Assembly: GCF_006345805.1 (NCBI RefSeq)
Contig: NW_021836364.1
Location: 1-22,232 of the forward strand
Length of the DNA stretch: 22,232 nt
Origin: Octopus sinensis
Taxonomy: Eukaryota
Direction: 5' to 3'
Shown: positions 9,340-17,764 of the stretch, one piece after another
Numbering within the stretch: the first letter of the stretch is position 1
How the letters are laid out: each line of letters opens with the position of its first letter
Position numbers and translations under genes: made by a program
Notes under the pieces: generated by a model
What the model saw: only the letters and a program-made list of their open reading frames with translations
What the model was told of the DNA's origin: nothing
Database searches by the model: none

Positions 9340-10491
9340 GTTTTCACGAGAAATTTCTCGCGGCGCAAATGCTAATAAAAAATAATCTCGCGGCACATAA
9401 TCAAAAATCAAAACATAATTATAAAATTTATTATTTTTACATAATTTTTCTATGTCTGGCTCAATATTTGATAAGGCCAGTCGCATTTCTGAATCTAAAT
9501 CCAGTAGATTTTTTCGCTTATTTGTTTTAATGTTTTGTAATGCAGAAAATCCCTTTTCACACAAATAGTAAAGAAACCTGAATTTAATCATATAATAAAA
9601 CAATATACAAGTCCATTAAGTCTTCCAGACATAGATGGTGCCCCATCTGTGCATACACCAACACAATTTTTAAAGGAAATATTATGTCGCGAGCGCAGCG
9701 CGCGACCGAGCGCTAGACGCGACTTTGACAGCTAACAAGCCTGTCATCAACAAATATATTTATTAAATTATTTAAAATTTTAACATGATTTAAAATTAAA
9801 ATTGAAATAACTTAAGTTTTCCATTGAATCCCATAAAATAATTTATAAGTAGACCTTAATAGAAAAAGTAAAATCAATGAATACTGAACGCTAATTTGGT
9901 TTAGGTTGTGAGGGGGGTAATAATTTAACAGATCTCATTGCTATTTTTTCGTTTTAATCTCTAAAATTAGGTCTTCTAATCAAAAATGAACTGTGCAGAC
10001 AGGCTTGCTCCTTCAGAAGATTCTTGTTTTGACATTTTAATAAATTATGAAGCATTTAGATTTTTTCTCATTATTCTAAAATATCCATTATAAATTTTAA
10101 AATATTATTTTTATTTATGAAATCGGTTTTAAAGCTCATTCTGCTTTGGCATCGATTTTAAATTTTGTTATCGAATATATTTAAACCCAAATACCAGCCT
10201 GGGTATTTGTCAATTTATAGATTTGTTGATTGATCGGATCTAGAAATTGAGTGGTCGCTCGCTGCGCTCGGTCGCTCGCTGCGCTCGCGACATATTATGT
10301 TTATTAAAATAATCAAATATCAAATTGTACATATCAATTGCACAAGTAGTAGTAACTAATGTTTTGCAGAAAAGAAATTGTTCAATAATAGTTTCTGACT
10401 TTTCAGTACGAATATAAATAAGTAACTGTGCAATTCCTGCTACGTCAGTTGATTCGTCAATTTGCAATGAATATAAATTTTTTTTAGCCAT
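9340..10491 (-). mobile_element. Buster/Charlie-type hAT remnant, internally deleted and interrupted by a MITE
   Basis: YSLQIDESTDVAGIAQLLIYIR...FLFCKTL...YFNKHN|ISFKNCVGVCTDGAPSMSG, then YLCEKGFSALQNIKTNKRKNL.DLDSEMRLALSNIEPDIEKL; subterminal GTGCCGCGAGA motifs near 9350-9400. Confidence 0.9.
9685..10292. mobile_element. 608-bp MITE with Ginger2-like ends
   Basis: 29-bp TIRs TGTCGCGAGCGCAGCG(C/A)GCGACCGAGCGC (28/29); 5-bp TSD TATTA (9680-9684, 10293-10297). Removing it with one TSD restores the hAT frame KHNISFKNC. No coding remnant recognised inside. Confidence 0.95.
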
Positions 10492-10539
10492 GAATTATTC
10501 ACGTAAAGAAAAATAGAGAAGAGAAGTTAACTAATTTAG

Positions 10540-10810
10540 ATGAGTCGCCGAACGGATGGACAGGCAATTCCCACGTAATATCGCGAACGATATCCGCTGA
10601 AAAAGCCAGCTCGTTTCACGACTGTCGTGACTCCTCCTCGAGATGATTAAACCAATCTCTGTACGAGTTCGCACTTACGACCATTTAAAGATAGACCGAT
10701 CTCCGCGAAACCAGACGTGATTTTGTTAATGTCCTCCAAAGGTAACATCGTCCAAGTACCAAAAATTGACATTGGACGCAAGGTTGCGTGCAATATGGTC
10801 ATCGGAGGCT
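10540..10810 (-). mobile_element. CRE-like non-LTR retrotransposon RT fragment
   Basis: HIARNLASNVNFWYLDDVTFGG (YLDD at 10747-10758), then frameshifted EDINKITSGFAEIGLSLNGRKCEL. Confidence 0.75.
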
Positions 10811-11299
10811 TTATATTGGAAGTGCGAATAATTGATTTAATTCAATTTATTTTTAAGGAGTATCATCCTAAAAATGATATTTGTGTGGCCTAATTTATCT
10901 GTCAGGTTCGGAGGACTAGATAATATCCTACCTGAACTAATAAAGTACGCGCCAATGAAGCTTGCTAGAACCATTGCAAACATCCTGAACAAAGAATTTG
11001 AGCAGAATAGCCTATTAGACCTCGGCAAAGGATGGTTAATTTCACTAAAGAAACCCGGAAACCATACCCAACTTAAGACAACTTAAGACCTATTAGCCTA
11101 GTATCGACGCTTCGGATAACACTCTCACTGGTTGCATTAGAAAGAATAAGAACTAAGATGGCAAATTTTCTTTGGGTCAAAACTGACAGTTACATACATT
11201 TTTTTAAATCTGCTTTATATGGAAAGTGCAAATAATTAATCTGACTTAAAGTATATTTAAGGAGTATCATTCGAAAAATGATATTTGTATGGCATAATT
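10810..11299 (+). repeat. 86-bp ungapped direct repeat pair (10810-10895 and 11214-11299)
   Basis: 71/86 identical; the copies bracket an RT fragment. Confidence 0.9.
10905..11170 (+). mobile_element. RTE-like non-LTR RT N-terminal fragment
   Basis: GLDNILPELIKYAP...ILNKEFE...LGKGWLISLKKPG, then frameshifted NLRPISLVSTLRITLSLVALERI. Confidence 0.75.
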
Positions 11300-11994
11300 A
11301 GTACAATAATTGATTTCTATAATATAAATTTAGTAAACTAGTAAATATTAGATACGTGCCAAAAATCGAGTCTGTAAATTATAGTTCACTTACATGATTG
11401 TCTGGAAATACTACAATTATTTTTTTGATTATAATCAATTCCATAATTTTGTGTACAAGAATTATTGCAGATGCTTATTGATTATATTATTAGTCAATTA
11501 TTAAATTTCAATGTATTCTTTAAAAAAGTGATTTTAGCCAAAAACTCAAAAAATCAATTTATTAAACTACTAACTCAATTCGAGCAGATGCAATATAATT
11601 ACTTATATAATTAAAAAAATGACTTGTTATGATTGCCATGATTTTGAAAATGAACTTAAGTGATTAACCCAGTTGGTACTATTTACTCTCAAACAGCCCG
11701 ATTGGAAGACGCCTGTTAAAAACTGTATTTTAGTGGTTAGATAATCATACTTTGGTTTTAGCTTGGTATTGAGTGGTACTTAAAAGTAGGTTGGATGGTT
11801 TGCACTAGGAGTCGGAAATGACTTGTTTTTATTAATCTCAAATATATTTTATTGTATTTGCTAATCTGACTGCACTCCCCTGCGGCGTCGCTAAAACCGT
11901 ATCAAAGAGCGACTTTCAGCGTAGACACCGCTCTAACATTCCATTATACATAATTAGCGTAGTTATCATTACTGTTTTTAGTTGCTGTCCCCGC

Positions 11995-12977
11995 ATGGAA
12001 GGTCAACTGAAATGTACCAAATGTAAAGAAGTAATTTATACAAAAAACCCACATTTGCGTCTTATGGACTCATTTTATCACACTAACTGTCTTCAGTGTT
12101 CTGTGTGTTCTCAAGTACTCACAGATCTTTGTTACGTGAGGGACGAGATTTACTGTTTTAACGACTATACAATGTTTATATAAAAACTTAGTTTGTAGGA
12201 ATTTTAAGTTTTGTCCGTTGTGTAAGGTCCAAATTGAACTAAATACATTGGTGTATACCATCAAGTCACATATGTATCATGTTGAATGCCTCAAGTGTCG
12301 GTGTTGTAATAAAGAACTCAAAACTGGGGACTTCTTTTCCTATGCTGATAAATCCACACTTTACTGCATGGACTATTATCACAAAAATATATGTTTGGTA
12401 ATTGAGCTATTTTTAGTAAAAACTGAAAACACTGCGGAATCGAAAAGAAAATCAAAGTCTCCTAAATCTTGTTCGGAAGCGAATGGGAGTCCTGAAAAGC
12501 CTGAATCCATTAGTGAGGAAGTTCAAACCAACCATGAAGCCAACAATAACCTCAAAAAATGCAAACAACGTGGACGGAGGACATCAATCAAACCACACCA
12601 AATTGGGCTTCTTACAGAATTGTACGAAAGTGAAAGAAAGCCATCGCGTCATACATTGGAAGAAATGACCAAATTGACTGGACTACCAATTCGCGTGATC
12701 CAAGTCAGGATGGGGGTCTCTAGTGTTAGGTCTGGTTTCAAAACAGGAGGTCCAAGGAACGGAGAAACAACCCGAGCAACTCTAGCCTCCTACCTTCCAA
12801 TCCACCTCCAGTAACACAGAATTTGGGGTCTTCAAACATCAGTTTAATCAAAGGCCACAAATCTTCCAGAATAACAGATCTGGAAATAATTTTTTTTCGT
12901 CATTTGTGACAGATGATCAACATTATGGGCATTATCGAAACGAATATTACCCAGAAAGTATGTCGAGGAAGCAATAA
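11995..12977 (+). CDS. Lhx1/5: LIM-homeodomain transcription factor, Lhx1/5 (Lim1/lin-11) class
   Basis: Two LIM domains (CTKC...HTNC..C..C...CFND; CPLC...HVEC..C..C...CMD) and homeodomain KQRGRRTSIKPHQ...KPSRHTLEEMTKLTGLPIRVIQ|VWFQNRRSKERR. Introns: 12174-12198 (25 nt), 12393-12416 (24 nt, in-frame, optional), 12704-12729 (26 nt, at the conserved Q|V site), 12811-12842 (32 nt, less certain; without it the stop is at 12909). About 291 aa. Confidence 0.9.
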
Positions 12978-13127
12978 ATCCAATGCTGTTTCTCCCTCAA
13001 GGCATTTTTAAACTCCTGATCAGACATTCCAGTACCCTCCCAATATGCATTTCTACAGAAATCTTAATTTTTAACATTCTGCTAGTCTAATAAATATAGT
13101 GTTTAAAATGTTCAGATTGCACTTTTT

Positions 13128-13424
13128 CTAAGGTTTAGTTTTAGAATTGTCGACCGAAATGGTTCTCATTTCTTTTCTACTTTCCTAAACATCCAAATAG
13201 TGATTTTGGGATACGCTTCTTCCAGGAGATCCAAAATACAAAATAATTTTCTTTCCAGAAGTTTTTTTAGAGATTAAGGCATGATCTGCTAACGAATTCC
13301 AAGAGATTTTATTTGATTTCCTCCGTGGTAATAACATAAGTTGCTTCCTCAACAAGTATTTTATTGACTGTTTAATTAAGTACATAGACAAGTCTGAAAT
13401 CATAAGTGACAATCAAAAACTCAT
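13128..13424 (-). CDS. Possible small orphan gene (speculative)
   Basis: ATG 13424, then a 27-nt GT-AG (13394-13420) that splices into the frame of ORF 13185-13412; a possible 30-nt second intron extends it to ~80 aa. No recognisable motif. Confidence 0.2.
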
Positions 13425-13559
13425 AAAAACGACTAATCTCTACGTCTTTGGCTAGGCTCCAAAATCTGGAAACTTGGTGAATTTTTTGTATTAAAAACTA
13501 GAAATTGACAAGAAATAAAGTTATCTTTTGATAAAAAAAGAAATTTAATTTAACTAAAA

Positions 13560-14080
13560 TGGAAGGATTCAGGTATCGACTTTGGGATTATTTAGACATT
13601 CGAAGAGAATCCAATGCAATTATTGTTTCTTCGCTTCCTTTTCCAAATTGACTTCTTAGAAGTAAAGCCTTTTTTTTGTTTGCAACTTTAAAGTATAGTC
13701 GTTCCAACCTTGATATTTTCTTCGTCGTATCTCAATTTTTTTCAATCATTTTTTTGCTAACAATAATTAAATTTTCTAATGCACTTTCTTGTGCCTCTAA
13801 TAATTCCCTAGAATCAAAGGCTAAAAGTTTCTCAATTTCTTCTTCATTAATTTTCAAAGATTTCCAACATTCATAAATATGTAAAATCGGATTTTTTGTC
13901 GTAGAATGAATAGTATTGTTGTAATTATAAACATGTCTTTTATGCATGCGCAAGATTGTCCAAAACAATTTCGAGAACTTGCCGACAATATCAGGCGTTT
14001 TATGCTTTGATTAAATGAATAAATCGACCTTTCGACTTGCCTTGTATCCGAGGAGCACAAGGCCTCTCCACGTAAATGTT
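13560..14080 (-). mobile_element. Ginger2-like integrase C-terminal remnant D
   Basis: Across frameshifts: RPCAPRIQG/QVER..FNQSIKRLI, VYNYNNTIHSTTKNP, NIKVGTTIL. Confidence 0.65.
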
Positions 14081-14255
14081 TTATTATTAACGTAATTTTA
14101 GAAAATATATTTTTTTGTTTTCAAAATGAAATTTATTGCTAATTTTTTATGAGCCTGTATCGTTAATGCCGCCTGATTTATGAATTTTGAGATTCTTTAT
14201 TTCTTTGATTTTTCTATATTATTCCCCATACTAAATAGGATGAACCAAATTAATT

Positions 14256-14372
14256 GGAATCAACAGAAAATCAAGTGGAATCAACAACAAACTAGTGGGT
14301 CTAGCAGAAAACTAAGTGGGACTAACAGTAAATCAAGTGAATTTAATACAAACTAAATGGGATCAATAAAGG
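14256..14372. repeat. Degenerate 20-21-bp minisatellite, ~5.5 units
   Basis: GGAATCAACAGAAAATCAAGT, GGAATCAACAACAAACTAGT, GGGTCTAGCAGAAAACTAAGT, GGGACTAACAGTAAATCAAGT, GAATTTAATACAAACTAAAT, GGGATCAATAAAGG. Confidence 0.85.
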
Positions 14373-14419
14373 ATTATTTTTATTATAAATATTATTTCGT
14401 CTCAGAGTGCTGCCTTATT

Positions 14420-14995
14420 GTCAACAAGATGCCTACAAAGGAGATTGTCAAACGTTTTAATCAAACCATCACCCGAAAACTCTCCAAAATGAAAGACACA
14501 GATGAAAAAAAGTGGCTGGAAATTCTCAAAAAAGCAGTGTACCGTTATAACAAGGCTGTACATTCATTTTCAAATCAGAGTCCTTTCGAAAGATATCAAA
14601 AAATAAGCGGAATAAACACAGTTGATGCAGGTTATAATTATCAAATTATGTTTTAAGAAAATATTAAAAATCATTTTGAAAATTATGTTTTAAGTTGGAA
14701 TCGGTCGGCCTGATATGTTCAAATTTAGAAAATTCAAGTATTTTAACTTTGAATTTATATTTATGCGATTCTAATTGTCCAAGTCCAAAAAATTCAAACT
14801 TAATTTAAATCCGATTGATGTAAACTCAGTCTACTATAAGGCAATAAATAGGAAAATCAATGTCCACAATAGTAAATATAAATTTAGTGTTGGAGATAAA
14901 GTTTAGATAAAAAATTATACATAGTTTCGAGTTAAAAAAGATTATGGAACAAACCCTTCGTTGCGGTTGGATAAATTCGAGTCACCATTCTATCC
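14420..14995 (+). mobile_element. Ginger2-like integrase remnant E (relative of element B)
   Basis: VKRFNQTITRKL...KWLEILKKAVYRYNKAVHS...QSPF; later FSVGDK-[24-nt intron 14901-14924]-FRVKKDYGTNPSLRLDKFESPF. Confidence 0.8.
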
Positions 14996-15034
14996 GGCCG
15001 CTGAATAATTAACAATTTATTAAATAATTGAGGT

Positions 15035-15330
15035 AAACCCCTTTGGATTGCACTTATTATCGTGTCAGAGAAGCTCCGGACGCTTCCCCGACACGCTGCC
15101 CTCAACAACATAGTCAAGCGGACTCTTGAAACTGCCCGATTCCCATCACAGTTGGAACCGGTCGGCCTGATTCAGGAGGATGGTAATCGTCCTGACAGCC
15201 TAACGATTTTCCCCTTCGAAAATGGCAAGTCGCTCATCTGGAACGCAACTTGCACAGACACCTTCTCCGCCGGAAGCATCTTTACGTCAGCCACAGAGGC
15301 GGGCTCCGCAACTAACCTGGCAGAAACGCT
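15035..15330 (+). mobile_element. CRE-like non-LTR retrotransposon, zinc-knuckle remnant and restriction-like endonuclease
   Basis: FGLHLLSCQRSSGR / RHAALNNIVKRTL...LEPVGL..EDGNRPDSLTIFPFENGKSLIWNATCTDT. Confidence 0.8.
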
Positions 15331-15575
15331 AAAAATCACCAGCCTCTCCAATTCCTTTTTTGAAGTGCCCCAGGTCCCAGAGTTGTATAGAAAAATTGGT
15401 TCGATGTGTCCTATATCATTATTCTCTGTTTTATGTTATTTTTGTTTCAGTTTTAACCATAGGTTCTTCAGTCTGTGTAATGCTGCGTTTAACATGGTTT
15501 TTCTCCGTATGATATCTTTACTGTCTCCTAATAAGGAGCTAAGTTTCTTTGTGTGTCTCCAGTAATTAGCTATAG
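15330..15575 (-). mobile_element. RTE-like RT C-terminal fragment
   Basis: KKLSSLLGDSKDIIRRKTMLNAALHRLKNLW...*...IEPIFLYNSGTWGTSKKELERL. Confidence 0.75.
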
Positions 15576-15722
15576 TTTATTTAATAAAGTTCCTGTCACA
15601 AAGATTATTCAAACAGTATTTTTTAATAATCTAACTAAGAATTATTATTTCGTTTAAAAAGTAAATTTATTCTTTTAAGAATCATTTAAAAATAAAATCC
15701 AATTTTATTGCAAAAGATTAGT

Positions 15723-16535
15723 CTACTCTGCCTCTTCCTCAGAGCTCCCCAAATAATTTTTAATGTTTTCACTAATTCCATAAACTGATAATTTCAAAAT
15801 TGCCGAAACTTGATTATTAGTTGAATGATCTAAAGCCTGCATGTTATTTTTATCTAAAATTGTTGGATCGACTCCTATTCAATTTATGTTAAAATAATAC
15901 CATTTTTTAACAACAAATCTACAATATTTGCATATCCTTTAATTGCAGCTCGATGCAATGCGGTCATTCCCAATTTATTCTAAATATAATTAAACTGAAA
16001 ATACTGTGGAATTCACGTTTTCTGTAACTGAAAGAATCTTTTTTATTAATTCTTCGTCGTCAATATCCGCAGCCAAGTGAAGAAGAATATTTCCTGCACT
16101 ATCCACTGTGTTACAGGAGACCTCAAATATTGAAAAGATCAAAAAACTCCGTGTTTTATAGATTCCAGCACAAAATCTATTTCCTTTCGTCGACAAGCAG
16201 AATGAAGTGGTAAATCAATCAAAGAACAATTTTCCTGTACTAAAATGAGTTATGGTAATTATTATTCATGGGATTAATTAACAGGAACTAATTAAAATGC
16301 ATACTAAATGAGGTCTTTATCGAACCACATTTAGAACCGGATTCCACTTTTGTTTCGCTATCCTTTTGATCGTAGTTTTTTATATAAAAGAAACAGTTAT
16401 CATCAATTTCGATTTCACTTTTCTAAAATATACTATTTAATTTTACTTTCTTTTTTTTGTAGGTTTCATGTGCTATGGCTACGGTGACATCTAGATAATT
16501 ATTAAAAGTAGTTAAAGCTGACCAGGCTTATTCAT
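15723..16535 (-). CDS. Ankyrin-repeat protein (~204 aa, three to four repeats)
   Basis: Seven exons: 16535-16523, 16490-16447, 16422-16305, 16239-16148, 16121-16005, 15979-15901, 15874-15723. GT-AG introns are 32, 24, 65, 26, 25 and 26 nt and phases sum to 615 nt. Motifs LPLHSAC, GNILLHLAA, GMTALHRAAIKGYANIVDLLLKNGVDP. The three 3' introns are well supported; the 5' exons less so. Confidence 0.8.
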
Positions 16536-16635
16536 TTATAATTAAGTCAAAGTGTATTTGTCATATTTTATAAAATTTAAAATTATAATCTATATTTAAA
16601 AAAATTATTGTGTAAGTAAAAAATTAATATATTTC

Positions 16636-17390
16636 TGGCCGACGTCCCGAAACCACATTTTCCTACGAGCAGACTAATTATCTACGCGGACGATATCTTG
16701 GTTACGGATGTCTCGATGTGGGGACCCCGACACAGAAGAAGGTTGTCCTGGAGCAGACTAGAACCGTACTTGGAGGAACTTGAAATCTGGTGCAATGGTA
16801 AAGGCTTGAATCTCGCTCGGGACAAAAGTACCATTTGTTGGATTTCAATGGGTCGTGACAAAAAACCGACTTTCGAGGATTATGGGAACCTGATTATATC
16901 GAAGAACCTACGTTACCTGGGAGTAACTATAGACCCCACCGGGTCATACAACCCCATGTGCATGCAAAGCGGAAACAAGGAGCGAAAATCCTAAAAGGAC
17001 TGAGGTGTTTTTGTCTAAGCGCAGAAACGTTTCTACACATCTACCAGACTTGTGTTCAGCCACTAATAATCTATGGTTCGGAGGGCTGGTACCAAACTGA
17101 TGAAAGGGACCTTCTAATCGCCAAACTCGAAAAAACCAGACGATTTGCCATCAAACTGGCATTCGGCCTGGAGCTCAGCAGTCCGCTGGAGGACCTGCAT
17201 GAGCGGAGTGTTGACACGATAAACGCGATCCTGGCAAAAACTCGAATTCGCAGAGGGAGATAAGACAGTCTCCTGGGGCAAAACCGAGGTTGAGACCTTC
17301 GTGGCTCTCGTTATCAAGCCCCCTAAGCTCTAATTCCTCGGCCACTTTTCTTTTGGAGCTATTGTATTAAATAAACCATATTCTTCTTCT
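16636..17390 (+). mobile_element. 5'-truncated non-LTR retrotransposon (L2/I/Jockey-like)
   Basis: LIIYADD (16683-16694), LRYLGVTID, YQTCVQPLIIYGSEGW, EKTRRFAIKLAFGL; one frameshift; 3' UTR with AATAAA and a TTC-like tail. Confidence 0.85.
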
Positions 17391-17764
17391 CTAAAAAATT
17401 AAATTTTTTAAAACATACATTTTCAGTCTATATTGGGTAATCGAATAAACGACAATTACTGGAAAAAATATTCTTAAGGCCAAAGTATCATATTATATTT
17501 TCAGTGTTGGAATTTGTTTTTGAAAAGAACTAAATTCTATTTTATTTAACTAAATTTTATATTTAGAAATTCAACCTAAAGCACCGTTTCCCGATGGCTC
17601 TTTTGTTCCTCCAATTAATTGAAAGACTCGATAAGTTAAGATAATTAAATATACTAAAAATAACACAATTTGGAGATTTGAAACAATCAAGTAGTGCATG
17701 TTTTTCTCAAATAAAAATTATTCGATTTCACGTCTGAAAATAAGAAGTAAAGCTTTGTATTGCC

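Noticed and set aside
9685-9713. GAGC-rich motif resembling AAV Rep-binding elements or plasmid-vector sequence
   Set aside because: It forms TIRs with a matching TSD inside a genomic hAT; the resemblance is short and low-complexity.
11975-11994. TTTTTAG acceptor 13 nt upstream of the Lhx1/5 ATG (trans-splice site or 5' UTR intron)
   Set aside because: Common by chance in this composition; needs 5' cDNA ends.
12815-13190. Long minus-strand frame with scattered stops antisense to the Lhx1/5 3' end
   Set aside because: About 8 stops in ~150 codons is compatible with random AT-rich sequence; no motif.
13676-13876. Plus-strand ORF, and other track ORFs such as 1091-1300, 1487-1753, 1690-1902, 5902-6177, 9282-9530, 19358-19657 and 20157-20378
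   Set aside because: Antisense or off-frame shadows of integrase, innexin, hAT or pogo sequence, or low-complexity T-rich frames.
14256-14372. CRISPR-like array
   Set aside because: Units are contiguous and degenerate with no spacers, in a eukaryotic context.
15594-15600. TGTCACA resembling a Ginger left end
   Set aside because: Only 7 bp match, with no GC-rich TIR body or partner end.
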